This document shows, in pieces, positions 30,175 through 40,882 of a stretch of DNA of 64,000 nucleotides. This DNA is from an uncultured Verrucomicrobiae bacterium (lineage in GTDB: Bacteria > Verrucomicrobiota > Verrucomicrobiia > Chthoniobacterales > UBA10450): assembly GCA_963772365.1 (NCBI GenBank), contig CAVYXA010000002.1, positions 1 through 64,000 of the forward strand, written 5' to 3'. Numbering within the stretch: position 1 is the first letter of the stretch; every line of letters begins with the position of its first letter. The translations under genes were made by a program, and so were the position numbers. The notes beneath the pieces were generated by a model. It was not told the DNA's origin. It ran no database searches and worked only from the letters and a program-made list of their open reading frames with translations.

Positions 30175-31284
30175 ATGGCCCGCCGGAAATTCGTTCCCAT
30201 TGTCCGAGAACGACCCCAAAGCCGGGAACCGATTCACGGACGCGGCGCTTCCTGGAGCCCGGGCAATCGTTTCGAGAAACTCCACGTCGATCTTACAGAT
30301 GTCGATGTTATCGATGCCGATCCTGATGAGGATGAGAGACCGCGCCGGGCGACCCAGTATTTTCGCGATGCGTCGAAGTCGATCATCACTCGTAACAACA
30401 GTCCGGATGTCGGATTCGAGACTAGCTTGAATCCATATCGCGGCTGCGAACACGGGTGCATCTATTGTTACGCCAGACCGACCCATGAGTACCTCGGTTT
30501 TTCGGCCGGGCTTGATTTCGAGAGCAAGATCATGGTGAAGACGGACGCAGCGAAATTGCTGCGGGCCGAACTCGAATCGCCGAAGTGGAAGCCGCAAACA
30601 TTAGTGATGAGCGGTGTGACCGATCCGTATCAACCAGTCGAAAAGAAACTGCAGATCACACGCTCTTGCTTGAAAGTGCTGGCGCAATTTCGTAACCCCG
30701 TAGCCATTATCACCAAGAACCGTCTGGTCGCGCGAGATATCGATCTTCTCCGTGAACTAGCCTGGCACCACACCGCCGCAGTCAACATTTCCGTGACTTC
30801 GCTCGATCCAAAATTGCAACGCGTCCTCGAGCCGCGCACCTCTTCTCCGGAGGCGCGCTTGGATGCGATTCGTCAACTTCGCGCAGCAGGAGTGCCGATC
30901 GGCGTAATGGTCGCTCCGATCATTCCCGGCCTGACCGATCACGAAGTCCCGCGGATCTTAGAAGCGGCAGCAAAGGCCGGTGCGCAGTTTGCCGGTTACA
31001 CGATTGTGCGATTGCCCTGGGCTGTTGCGCCATTGTTCGAGCATTGGCTGGATGAACACTTTCCCGATCGCAAGGAAAAGGTGTTAGAACGAATCCGGGA
31101 CATTCGAGGCGGCAAAAAGCTAAATGAGACGCGTTGGGGAAAACGGATGAAGGGCGAGGGGATTTTTGCGGACCAAATTCGTTCGATGTTCGAGATCGGG
31201 TGCCGTCGTGTCGGATTCGGAGACCGGCCCAGGCTATCAGTTTCTGCTTTCGTTAGGCGAACAGAGCAGTTGCAACTTCTGTAA
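30175..31284 (+). CDS. Radical SAM protein (PA0069/Rv2578c-like family)
   Basis: NPYRGCEHGCIYCYARPTH, SGVTDPYQP, APIIPGLTD. Confidence 0.88.
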   Translation: MARRKFVPIVRERPQSREPIHGRGASWSPGNRFEKLHVDLTDVDVIDADPDEDERPRRATQYFRDASKSIITRNNSPDVGFETSLNPYRGCEHGCIYCYARPTHEYLGFSAGLDFESKIMVKTDAAKLLRAELESPKWKPQTLVMSGVTDPYQPVEKKLQITRSCLKVLAQFRNPVAIITKNRLVARDIDLLRELAWHHTAAVNISVTSLDPKLQRVLEPRTSSPEARLDAIRQLRAAGVPIGVMVAPIIPGLTDHEVPRILEAAAKAGAQFAGYTIVRLPWAVAPLFEHWLDEHFPDRKEKVLERIRDIRGGKKLNETRWGKRMKGEGIFADQIRSMFEIGCRRVGFGDRPRLSVSAFVRRTEQLQLL

Positions 31285-31299
31285 AGAGCGCGCGGACGT

Positions 31300-31837
31300 T
31301 CACGCTTTGGCAAAGGACTGCTGTTCGGAGATGAATTTCCGTGTTGCAGCAGGCAACTCGTGCCAGATCTTCACGGCAACAAGTCCGCCAACGAGAGCGA
31401 ACGGCATCAGAAATCCGAGGAATTGAAATCGCGTCGATTGAAAATCGACATGATGCACCTCCTGCATGAAACGCGGGAACCATTGATTGATCCCCTGGCG
31501 CACCGCGCCGGTGCAGGCATAAGCGCAGGCCACGATCCAAACCACCGGATTACCAACGATGATTTTGAACACGTGACTCACTTTGACGATCGGTAAGTAA
31601 TCCGTTAACGAGTTGCCCGCAGGCGTAAGCCAGCAGTGCCGTGGTGATAATGTTACCCATCTGTGCCTTGGTGAACCCGAACTCGCTGCTGATCGATTTG
31701 TTCGCCAGAGAAAGATTGTAGCGGCACATGTAGAATGAGGTGTAGAGCAGGCCCACGAATGCCCAATTCAAGCCGCGCCGCGCGCGAAAGCCGGGCGGAT
31801 GCGGAACAAAAACGCCGGTATCGACGGAATCAGCCAT
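31300..31837 (-). pseudogene. MFS transporter (GlpT/UhpC-like) remnant with large internal deletions
   Basis: N piece YTSFYMCRYNLS...AYACGQLVNGLLTDR joined out of frame to a mid-protein piece (AVRQGINQWFP) and a C tail; about 540 bp in total. Confidence 0.7.
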
Positions 31838-31911
31838 CGCGGCAGGATGCGTTAAACGCGCGAGGCAGAGCAATGCGGAATTACCATCGTCGCGATGGCA
31901 ATGATTCTGGT

Positions 31912-32054
31912 TAGCGCACGCGTCCCGCGTGTTGGCAAGCGCGTCTCGCGATTGCGGACTTTCCAAGCGCCCGCGCTAGAAACCAAAAAGACGCACTAGC
32001 AAAGATTGTTTCGGCGCGACGCCGAAACCAGCACGCGGGACGCATGCGCTACCC
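31912..32054. repeat. MITE-like palindromic element; a relative lies at about 61753-61901
   Basis: TAGCGCACGCGTCCCGCGTG...CACGCGGGACGCATGCGCTA; relative GGGGAGCGCAC...GTGCGCTCCCC. Confidence 0.7.
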
Positions 32055-33416
32055 TCACGCGATCCAGATCGTCTTGGCATTGACGAATTCGCGAATGCCG
32101 TGCGCGCTCAACTCTCGACCGAACCCGGAACGTTTGACGCCGCCGAATGGCAATCGCGGATCAGATGCGACCATGGCGTTGATAAACACCATCCCGCTTT
32201 GCAATTCCGACGCGAACAGATCCTGTTCGGCGTGGTCGCTTGTCCATGCGCTCGCGCCCAGTCCGAACGAACTATCGTTTGCCATCTCGATTGCTTCGGC
32301 CGGATCGCGCACGCGGAAAATCGACGCGACCGGTCCAAAAACTTCCTCGCGAAATGCTGGCGAATCTTTCGGAACATCGACAAGCACTGTCGGCTCGTAA
32401 AAAAATCCCGGGCCGTGGATGCGATTTCCGCCGGTCAATAATTTCGCGCCCATTGCGATCGATTTCTGCACCTGGTCGTGGACTCCGTTGAGAATTTGTT
32501 CAGATGCCAACGGGCCGACCTCCGTCGTTTCGTCGAAGGGATCGCCCACTCTTAAGGCACGCATACGCTGGACGAATTGCTCGACAAATCGGTCGTAAAT
32601 CTTATCGGCGATGAGGAATCGCTTTGCCGCGATGCACGATTGCCCCGTGTTTTGCATCCGTGCTTTCACCGCGGTGGAGACGGCATTCTCGAAATTTGCG
32701 CTTGGCATAACGATGAATGCGTCGCTGCCGCCGAGCTCGAGCACAGCTTTCTTGATTTGGCGCGCGGCTGTGCTGGCGACTGCGCTTCCAGCCTTCTCGC
32801 TTCCGGTGAGCGTAACCGCCTTGATTCGAGGATCGACAATTAATTTTTCAACCTGCTCCGATTCGATCAGCAATGTCTGGAAAACGCCTTCTTCGAACCC
32901 GGCTCTGCAAAAGATTTCTTCGATCGCCAGGGCGCACTGCGGAACATTGGCGGCGTGCTTGAGCAGTCCGACATTGCCTGTCATTAACGCAGGCGCGGCG
33001 AACCGGAACACCTGCCAGAAGGGAAAATTCCAGGGCATGACCGCGAGTACCGGCCCGAGCGGTTCATAATGAACGTAACTCTTCGCGGCGTCAGTCTGCG
33101 CGGCTTCGTCTTCCAGAAATCGCTCCGCGTTTTCCGCGTAATATCGACAGCCACGGACACATTTTTCGACTTCGTCCACCGCAGCGCGGAATAGTTTTCC
33201 CATTTCCAGTGTCATGAGACGGGCGAAATCCTTCTTCTCGCGTTCGAGCAAAGATGCAGCCGCCGTCAAAAGTTGAGCGCGTTTTGGAAACACTTCACGT
33301 CGATGCTGCTGGAATGCTTTTTGTGCCCGCTCTAGTCGCTTCTCGATCTCGTCGCCGAGCGCCTGAAATGTTTTCAGCGTTTCACCATTAGCGGGATTGA
33401 TGGAGGCGATTGGCAT
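32055..33416 (-). CDS. NAD(P)-dependent succinate-semialdehyde dehydrogenase-like aldehyde dehydrogenase
   Basis: MPWNFPFWQ, LELGGSD, GQSCIAAKR, EEVFGPV. Confidence 0.9.
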   Translation of the reverse strand: MPIASINPANGETLKTFQALGDEIEKRLERAQKAFQQHRREVFPKRAQLLTAAASLLEREKKDFARLMTLEMGKLFRAAVDEVEKCVRGCRYYAENAERFLEDEAAQTDAAKSYVHYEPLGPVLAVMPWNFPFWQVFRFAAPALMTGNVGLLKHAANVPQCALAIEEIFCRAGFEEGVFQTLLIESEQVEKLIVDPRIKAVTLTGSEKAGSAVASTAARQIKKAVLELGGSDAFIVMPSANFENAVSTAVKARMQNTGQSCIAAKRFLIADKIYDRFVEQFVQRMRALRVGDPFDETTEVGPLASEQILNGVHDQVQKSIAMGAKLLTGGNRIHGPGFFYEPTVLVDVPKDSPAFREEVFGPVASIFRVRDPAEAIEMANDSSFGLGASAWTSDHAEQDLFASELQSGMVFINAMVASDPRLPFGGVKRSGFGRELSAHGIREFVNAKTIWIA

Positions 33417-33544
33417 ATAGTTAGATAATCGCTCGACCTCGCTCTGTCACCCTGAGCGAAGTCGAAGGATCCCGCGAACCTACCTCAAAGCTCTCGCCAC
33501 GGGATTCCTCGACTCCGCTCGGAATGACGAAGCGATTTAACGCG

Positions 33545-35050
33545 CTACACCCGCAATCCTTTTGGGATCACCACGCGATCGAGCAGGTCGAATAACCATT
33601 GCACTAGCAGCGCGAGCAGCGCCGCTGGGATTGCACCTTCGAGAATTGTAGCGTGATCATTCAGGTCGAGTCCACTCAGAATCGGTTCGCCCAGTCCGCC
33701 GGCACCGATCAGCGCCGCCAGTGTGGCCGTGCCGATGTTGATGACCGCGCTGGTCTTGATCCCGGACAGAATCGAACGCGAAGCCATTGGCAGATAAATT
33801 TGCCACAAGCGCGCAGCAGGACTGAGTCCAAGTGCCGTTGCCGATTCCCGCAGAGATCGCGGAATATCCTGCAACCCGCTCGCTGTGTTCCGCACAATTG
33901 GCAACAAGCCGTAAAGAAAAAGCGCGGCAATGGCGGTACGGACACTAATCCCAAAAAAGGGAAGAGGAACGAGCAGCGCGAGAAGGGCGAGCGATGGGAT
34001 TGTCTGCACAATGCCAGCAAATCCGAGAATGACATGTCCAAACAAACCGCCGCGACTGGCGAATATTCCAAGCGGAATGCCAATTATCACGGCAAGCAGC
34101 AGCGAAAATCCAGCAAGCTCCAGATGGCGAAGTGTCCAGCGCCCAAGTTTGTGCCAGAACGATTCGCCAGCAGCGATTGTCGATCCTTTATTCCCAGCGA
34201 AATACAAATTCGCCGCTCGGGCGTAGCTTTTCGTCCGCTCCGCTTCCGAATTCAGTCGGATCATTTTCGATTCATTGATCGTGCCTTCCAATTTGCGTAG
34301 TGCGGTGGTTGTCGATGCTGGCAATGCGAGGCGATACAAAAACACGGCATCATATCGCGGGAAGAAATTCAGATCGTCATGCAGTGTGACGAGATCGTAT
34401 TCGGCAATCTTGGCATCGGTCGAGTAAGCATCTTTCACATCGATGTCACCATTCTTGAGCGCGGCATAGCCTAGCGCATGATCAATCCCGATCACGTGAT
34501 GAGGATTGAGTTGGTAACGCGCGGCCAAAGGTCGCCAGCCATCTTCTCGATCCAGGAATTCGTGAGTGAGACCGACTGTGAGCTCCGGGTGATTTCGCAA
34601 ATCGCTGATTGAGCGAATCCCGAGTCGACGCGTTTGGTCGCGCCGCATGACCAGCGCATAGGTGTTGTTAAACCCGAGCGGTTCGGTAGTGCCGATCCCG
34701 AACTTGGCGAGCGCATCTGGAATGTTTGCCTGTCGATCTTTCAATATCTCCTCGGCGATTGTGCCGGTGTATTCGGGATAGAGATCGATCTGGCCGCCGC
34801 GAAGGGCCTGCCAGAGAATGATTGTACCGCCCATCCCTTGCCGATGCTCTGCAGGAATTCCGGAATCGATCAGTGTGCGCTTGGCGATCTCACCCAACAC
34901 ATACGATTCCGTAAATTTCTTCGAGCCGATCATGATTGGCTGCGCACAAACAGAAGCGGAAAAAATCAGGAAAGCGGGAATGCAGGAAAAAGGCAGAAAA
35001 CGGAATATAGAAATCTTTTCCTGTTTTCCTGCGTTCCTGATTCTCTTCAT
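33545..35050 (-). CDS. Fused substrate-binding plus permease subunit of an osmoprotectant (OpuC/EgtU-like) ABC transporter
   Basis: GSKKFTES, YPEYTGT, NNTYAL, YSTDAKI; QTIPSLAL, LAALIGAGGLG. Confidence 0.88.
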   Translation of the reverse strand: MKRIRNAGKQEKISIFRFLPFSCIPAFLIFSASVCAQPIMIGSKKFTESYVLGEIAKRTLIDSGIPAEHRQGMGGTIILWQALRGGQIDLYPEYTGTIAEEILKDRQANIPDALAKFGIGTTEPLGFNNTYALVMRRDQTRRLGIRSISDLRNHPELTVGLTHEFLDREDGWRPLAARYQLNPHHVIGIDHALGYAALKNGDIDVKDAYSTDAKIAEYDLVTLHDDLNFFPRYDAVFLYRLALPASTTTALRKLEGTINESKMIRLNSEAERTKSYARAANLYFAGNKGSTIAAGESFWHKLGRWTLRHLELAGFSLLLAVIIGIPLGIFASRGGLFGHVILGFAGIVQTIPSLALLALLVPLPFFGISVRTAIAALFLYGLLPIVRNTASGLQDIPRSLRESATALGLSPAARLWQIYLPMASRSILSGIKTSAVINIGTATLAALIGAGGLGEPILSGLDLNDHATILEGAIPAALLALLVQWLFDLLDRVVIPKGLRV

Positions 35051-35790
35051 AAAACGGCAAGCCTGCGTTGCGCATTGATAAATTCGGAGACGAAGTCATT
35101 CGCGGGCCGTTCCCGGAGATCGATAATCGATCCCTGCTGCACGATTGCGCCTTCGTTCATGAGCACGATTGCGTCGCCGAAATAAGCGGCTTCGGCCAAA
35201 TCGTGCGTGACCAGCAACGTTGTCTGGTTCAGCCGAGAAAAGATTTCCTTCAGTTCTTCTTGAAGCGAAACGCGCACGAGCGGATCGAGCGCACCGAGCG
35301 GCTCATCCAGCAGCAACAATTCGGGTGAAAGCATCAGAGCGCGCATCAAGCTGACACGCTGACGCTGTCCACCGGAAAGCTCGATGGGATAACGCGAAAG
35401 CAAAGTCTCGGAAAACCTGGTCAACTCACATAAATCCGAGAGATGTTGCCTCGTTTCAGTTTCGTTTTTCCCGAGATGTCGCGCCATCAGCAACACGTTT
35501 GCCCGCGCGGTGAGATGCGGAAACAGACCGCCTTCCTGAATCACGTAACCAATTCGACGACGGAGATTGTCGATGTTATCCGACCCGATCGTTGCGCCGT
35601 CGAATTCAATCGAGCCCGAATCAGGCTCGACGAGTCCGATAATCAAACGCAGAAGCGTGGATTTTCCGCAGCCGCTTGGACCGATGAGGACGGTCGTTCT
35701 GCCGCGCTCGATCGAAAGGATCGTCGGATGCAACGCCGGGGTATCCGCGTAGCGCTTGCTCGCGTCACGAAGTTGAACCAGCGCATTCAC
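35047..35790 (-). CDS. Osmoprotectant-type ABC transporter ATP-binding subunit
   Basis: GPSGCGKST, LRRRIGYVIQEGGLFPH, LSGGQRQR, DEPLGALDP. Confidence 0.9.
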   Translation of the reverse strand: MNALVQLRDASKRYADTPALHPTILSIERGRTTVLIGPSGCGKSTLLRLIIGLVEPDSGSIEFDGATIGSDNIDNLRRRIGYVIQEGGLFPHLTARANVLLMARHLGKNETETRQHLSDLCELTRFSETLLSRYPIELSGGQRQRVSLMRALMLSPELLLLDEPLGALDPLVRVSLQEELKEIFSRLNQTTLLVTHDLAEAAYFGDAIVLMNEGAIVQQGSIIDLRERPANDFVSEFINAQRRLAVL

Positions 35791-35949
35791 TGTCGATCCA
35801 ATAAGCAGTAATCGTCGCTTGTCATGTTGAGCGAAGCGAAACATCTCCAATCATTGGCTGCGCGCTGTGCCGGGGAAAAATGGTTTGAGATTCTTCGCTT
35901 CGCTCAGAATGACAGGAATATAAATCGGAGCGCTGCATGGCGCCCGCGT

Positions 35950-36920
35950 TCAGCGATCTCGGCGACAGGTGAAATAGAACACGCCAAACAGGCGCGCGTC
36001 ATCGGTCCACATTTTCTGAAATTCGAAGCCGGCATTGCGGGCGAGCGCTGAGAAACTTTCGGTCGTGTGTTTGTAGGGTACTCGGTGAGAATTTTTTCGC
36101 CCGCTCTAAACTCAAACTGTCGATCCTCGATGTGGAGCGTTTGGTCGCGTTCGCTAATCAAGTACATTTCGATCCGCCCTTCGGCAGCATTGTAAATGGC
36201 GCGATGTCGCCAGTTTTCCAGATTGAAATCCGCGCCAAGCTCGCGATTGGCCCGCACAAGTAGGTTTAGATTGAACTCTGCAGTCACGCCCTGGGAATCG
36301 TTGTAAGCAGCCTCAATTATCGAAGGATCTTTTTGAAGGTCCACGCCGATGAGTAGCCCGCCGCCGTCGCCGCAAAGCCTGGTAATTCGGCACAGGAAAT
36401 CGGCGGCTTCTCCCGGTTCGAAATTTCCGAGGGTGGATCCGGGGAAATAAACCACTTTGCGAGTAGCACTGCGGCGCGGCGCCGGCAGAACAACTGGTTG
36501 CAAATAATCGGCGCAGACGGGTAAGACTTCGAGATCGGGAAAAACTTTCCGGAAAACCGCTGCGGATTCGTAAAGTTGTTCCTCGGAAATATCGACAGGC
36601 ATATAAACGGCAGGCCTGTCGAGTGCTGCGACGAGGATTCGTGTCTTGGTTCCTGCGCCGGTTCCGAGCCCGATCAACTCGATGTTTGGCCCCAGATACG
36701 ACGCGATTTCGCGACCGTGTTTCTCCAGAATGTCGATCTCGGTGCGTGTGATGTAATACTCCGGCAGCTCGCAGATTTTCTGGAACAACTCCGAGCCACG
36801 CGCGTCGTAGAAGTATTTGCACGGCAGCGTTCGTGGCTCGTGGGAAAGGCCGGCAACGACGTCGGCGTAGAAATCGGAATTAGCCGGCTCGCGCGCAAGC
36901 ACGGCGGTTCTAGAATTCAT
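35950..36920 (-). CDS. egtD: Histidine N-alpha-trimethyltransferase EgtD, with a 1-nt frameshift near 36078
   Basis: LPCKYFYDARGSELF, PEYYITRTE, FPGSTLGNF, AYNDSQGVTAEFNLN; tail YKHTTESF...WTD continues in another frame. Confidence 0.88.
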
Positions 36921-38299
36921 TGTGGATCGCGTGCGAGTCTGATTCCGGTGAACTGCCAACGTTTTTCCGGTTGGAAGAAATTGCGATAGGTCTTGCGGAT
37001 GTGAGTGCGGGAGGTCGCACAGGAACCGCCGCGCAAGACGTATTGGTTGCACATGAATTTGCCGTTGTATTCGCCCAGAGCGCCGGGCGCAGCACGATAA
37101 CCGGGATAGGGCGAATACGAACTGCGCGTCCATTCCCAAACGTCGCCGAACATTTGCAGGAGCTTGCCGTGGTGTGCGCGAGTTTCCGCTGAGACAGCGG
37201 ACGCTACAGGATGGAATATTTCGTTCTCGACGAAGTTACCGTCGATAGCGATGTTCGCCGCGGCGCGTTCCCATTCAAACTCGGTAGGCAAGCGGGCACC
37301 GCTCCAGTTGGCGAAGGCATCGGCTTCAAAGTAACCGATGTGCGTCACCGGTTCGTCAGGATCGACAGGATGGAAACCCGAAAGCGTGAAATTCCACCAT
37401 TGTCCGTCATGCTTTTCCCAATACAGCGGCGACTCCCAGCGCTGCTCATTTATAGTCATCCAGCCGAGCGACAACCAGAACTCCGGGCGTGAATAGCCAT
37501 TGTCTTCGATGAAAGCCATGTATTCCCCATTCGTTACCGGTCGCGAAGCGAGTGCAAATGCGGGGACGAGCGCGCGATGACGCGGCCCTTCATTGTCGTA
37601 AGAGAAACCGCGGCCGTCATGGCCGATCTCGACAATTTCCTCGTCGAAATCGACGAACTTCAATGGCGCGATGTCGCGATTGTTGTGGCATTGGCTTCCA
37701 GCCAATGTCTCATCGGCAGAATGCCGATGCCACGTGCGCGGCCGAAAAATCGGATGCAGCGGATTCTGCGCGAAAACGTGCTTAATATCGGTGAGGAGCA
37801 ATTCCTGATGTTGTTGTTCGTGATGAATTCCGAGCACAACAATCGGCTCGACTTCATTGAAAAGTTCTTCGTCGGCGCCCGAAATAAGATTGTCGATCTG
37901 CTCATCGATTGCCGAGCGATATTGATGGGTCTCGTCAACCGTAGGCCGCGAAATTAGACCGCGCAGATCGCGCCGGTGCATATCGCCGGCGGCGTTGTAG
38001 TAGGAATTAAAAAGATACGCGTATTGCGAATTATTAGGCTGATAACCGGTGATCCATTTCTTGAGAACGAACGTTTCGAAAAACCATGTGGTATGCGCGA
38101 GGTGCCACTTGGTTGGGCTGACATCGGGCATCGATTGTACGACGCAGTCTTCGGGGGCAAGGCTATGGCAAAGCGCGGATGTAAAGCGTCGAACTTCGTG
38201 AAAGCGGCAGAGCAATTGCTCACTTCGCGATTTCGCCTTCTGGCCGCGCAATTGCGCGAGCGGCATTTCATTCCGAGTTGCGGCCGCAATTGCGCTCAC
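36917..38299 (-). CDS. egtB: Ergothioneine biosynthesis sulfoxide synthase EgtB
   Basis: SPTKWHLAHTTWFFE, HEQQHQEL, FGE-like domain, GEYNGKFMCNQYVLRGGS. Confidence 0.92.
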   Translation of the reverse strand: MSAIAAATRNEMPLAQLRGQKAKSRSEQLLCRFHEVRRFTSALCHSLAPEDCVVQSMPDVSPTKWHLAHTTWFFETFVLKKWITGYQPNNSQYAYLFNSYYNAAGDMHRRDLRGLISRPTVDETHQYRSAIDEQIDNLISGADEELFNEVEPIVVLGIHHEQQHQELLLTDIKHVFAQNPLHPIFRPRTWHRHSADETLAGSQCHNNRDIAPLKFVDFDEEIVEIGHDGRGFSYDNEGPRHRALVPAFALASRPVTNGEYMAFIEDNGYSRPEFWLSLGWMTINEQRWESPLYWEKHDGQWWNFTLSGFHPVDPDEPVTHIGYFEADAFANWSGARLPTEFEWERAAANIAIDGNFVENEIFHPVASAVSAETRAHHGKLLQMFGDVWEWTRSSYSPYPGYRAAPGALGEYNGKFMCNQYVLRGGSCATSRTHIRKTYRNFFQPEKRWQFTGIRLARDPQ

Positions 38300-38700
38300 G
38301 AGCTTTCGTCCTCCTGCTCGCGCTCTTCCCGGCGCGCTTCCAACATTTGATCGTGCGTCGCTTCTTCTACTCCTCCGTTTACCAGATTCTCGCCTACCGT
38401 TTCCTCATCTTCCTCTGCGCCGGGCCGAGGGACACGACGGCCGCGATTTTCCGGGGTAATTTCCCAGTCATCCGGCATTTCGGCGCTACCCTTGGTTTCC
38501 TCCTGAGGCGTCGGATGTTCTGCACCAAGCAATTCTTTTCGCGCCTGGGCCCAGTCCGCCTCGGTAAATTCATCCGGGTTGCGCTCGTCGATCATCGCGA
38601 TCTCCCGCGCGCGTTTCTCGATGTCCTCCGTAGAGGGCACGCCCATGCCGCTTCCATGAAGTGAAATTTTTCCACCGCCTTCCTGTGAGTAATCGTTCAT
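38296..38700 (-). CDS. Acidic hypothetical protein
   Basis: IEKRAREIA...DWAQARKEL (DUF2934-like helix); 4-nt overlap with the egtB start. Confidence 0.6.
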   Translation of the reverse strand: MNDYSQEGGGKISLHGSGMGVPSTEDIEKRAREIAMIDERNPDEFTEADWAQARKELLGAEHPTPQEETKGSAEMPDDWEITPENRGRRVPRPGAEEDEETVGENLVNGGVEEATHDQMLEARREEREQEDESS

Positions 38701-38896
38701 ACAACCATGTGTCGCACTTCAAACATAATGTGGATGTTTCCGATGCGAAAAGTTTTTTTGCCGAATGCGCCGCACTGTCAATCGTGCTGTAGTGTGCGCT
38801 GTCCTCAGCGCAGTGGTTGGTGATTCACGGAGGCGGCCCCGCGGGTTCCGCTGAGGACAGCATGAATCCATACGCTTCGACCACTTCATTATCCGG

Positions 38897-39766
38897 ATGA
38901 AACTGCTTGAGCTGAAAAGCGGCCACTATCTTGCGTTTGATGAATTCGGCGATCCATCCGGCATGCCTGTGTTTTTCTTTCATGGCTGGCCCAGCTCGTT
39001 GACGATGGCGCAAATTACGGACGCGGCCGCTCGCGAGTTAGCTGTTCGAATCATTTCTCCCGACCGTCCGGGGATTAGCGAATCGACTTTGCAGCCGGAT
39101 CGCAAGTTACTCGATTGGCCGCCGGTGTTGCGCGAATTAGCGGATTATCTCGGCATAGAGCGCTTTCATGTGCTCGGGATTTCCGGCGGCGCTCCGTATG
39201 CCTACGCAACAGGCTGGTCGATACCGGACCGCATCCGAGCAATCGCAGTTGTTAGTGGCGCGCCGCCGATTGTCGATCTTGCCGACCATAGCGGATTGCT
39301 GCGGCTTTATCGTTGGATGCTCAGGGTTCACCGAATCAGTCCCGAGCTTTTGCGAATCTGCTTTAAAATTGCGCAGCCCTTTGCTGCGCGGAAAATTCCG
39401 ATCCGGTTGCGGCCATTATTTTTGAGAATCTTTCAACGAGGGGATGCTGAGGTGCTGCGCGACAATGCCGCGTTTGAAGCTTGTTTTGAAAGTGCGAGGA
39501 AAGCCTGGCGGGCATCAGTTGACGGTGTGATGGTCGATGCCCGTGTCTACGCCCAGGCATGGGGATTCAGGCTGGAAGAGGTCGATGTTCCCGTGCGAAT
39601 CTGGCACGGGACGAAAGACCGGGCGTTTTCATTTCGTTTGGCCGAGCAGCTCGCGGCACGCTTGCCAAACTGCAAACTGCGGATTGTCGATGCTGCCGGT
39701 CATTTTTCGCTGCCGATTCGTTTCATGCGCGAAATCCTGGCCGATTTGATTTCGGTGAAGTCATAA
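38897..39766 (+). CDS. Alpha/beta hydrolase
   Basis: FFHGWP, DRPGIS, GISGG nucleophile elbow, WHGTKD, AGHFS. Confidence 0.88.
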   Translation: MKLLELKSGHYLAFDEFGDPSGMPVFFFHGWPSSLTMAQITDAAARELAVRIISPDRPGISESTLQPDRKLLDWPPVLRELADYLGIERFHVLGISGGAPYAYATGWSIPDRIRAIAVVSGAPPIVDLADHSGLLRLYRWMLRVHRISPELLRICFKIAQPFAARKIPIRLRPLFLRIFQRGDAEVLRDNAAFEACFESARKAWRASVDGVMVDARVYAQAWGFRLEEVDVPVRIWHGTKDRAFSFRLAEQLAARLPNCKLRIVDAAGHFSLPIRFMREILADLISVKS

Positions 39767-39808
39767 CTTTTTCTGTGCGGCCGGCATGGGTCGCGCTTAA
39801 AATTCCTC

Positions 39809-40882
39809 GTGGGAGATTTCACAGCAGGGACAATTCAGACGGAACCGGTGCGGCGACAATGGACAATCGAGCCGCCGTTCGATCAGCGAGTGCGCGAACT
39901 GGCGGAGGATTGGGGCGCGGAAAAAACTCCGGAGTTGATCGAGGAGATGATCGTCACTGCGCTCAAGATCGCGCGCGACGAAATGGGCGTGGCCGATCTG
40001 AAATTGATCAATCGTTCGCTCAAGGAGCTGTGTTATGCGGCCAAGGTTTTCGCGCAATATTCCGATGTTCGTAAAATCGCGATCTTTGGCTCGGCGCGAA
40101 CGGCTGCGGACGCGGCTGTGTTTCGATTGGCGGAAGAGTTAGGCCGCGAAATTGTGAAGCACAATTTCATGGTCATTACCGGCGGTGGCGATGGGATCAT
40201 GGGCGCGGCTCAAAAAGGCGCGGGCCGGCAGAACAGTTTCGGTTTGAACATCCGGCTGCCTTTCGAGCAAAAGGCAAACCCGATTATCGAAGGCGACGGT
40301 AAACTGATTAACTTCAATTATTTCTTCACGCGGAAATTGAATTTCGTGAAGGAAACCCATGCCATGGCCCTTTTTCCGGGCGGTTTCGGGACAATGGATG
40401 AAGGCTTCGAAGTCCTCACCCTAATGCAGACGGGCAAAGCGCGACTGATTCCACTGGTATTGTTGGACATGCCGGATGGCACATATTGGGAAACGTGGAT
40501 GAAGTTTGTTCGTGAAGACATGTTCAATCTCGGTTATGTCTCGGCCGAAGATTTTTCGCTATTCAAACTGTGTCACACAGTTGGCGATGCGGTGAAAGAG
40601 ATCCTGCAATTTTACAAGAATTATCAGTCAATGCGATGGGTGGGCGATCGGCTTGTTTTCCGAATCTGCCGAAACTTATCGCGCAAAGCGATTGTCGATC
40701 TTAATCAAAAATTTTCCGATATCGTGCGCGAAGGCGAGATCGTGCAAGGCAACGCTTTGCCCGAGGAGAGTAACGAACCGGAAATTTGGAATCTGCCGAG
40801 ATTGACCTTAACGCCGCATCGACGCGACTTCGGACGGTTTCGACAATTGATTGACGCGATCAATGCTGCTGCCCCCGCCTGA
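39809..40882 (+). CDS. LOG-family nucleotide monophosphate nucleosidase-like protein
   Basis: IFGSAR, ITGGGDGIM, YFFTRK, PGGFGTMDE. Confidence 0.88.
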   Translation: MGDFTAGTIQTEPVRRQWTIEPPFDQRVRELAEDWGAEKTPELIEEMIVTALKIARDEMGVADLKLINRSLKELCYAAKVFAQYSDVRKIAIFGSARTAADAAVFRLAEELGREIVKHNFMVITGGGDGIMGAAQKGAGRQNSFGLNIRLPFEQKANPIIEGDGKLINFNYFFTRKLNFVKETHAMALFPGGFGTMDEGFEVLTLMQTGKARLIPLVLLDMPDGTYWETWMKFVREDMFNLGYVSAEDFSLFKLCHTVGDAVKEILQFYKNYQSMRWVGDRLVFRICRNLSRKAIVDLNQKFSDIVREGEIVQGNALPEESNEPEIWNLPRLTLTPHRRDFGRFRQLIDAINAAAPA

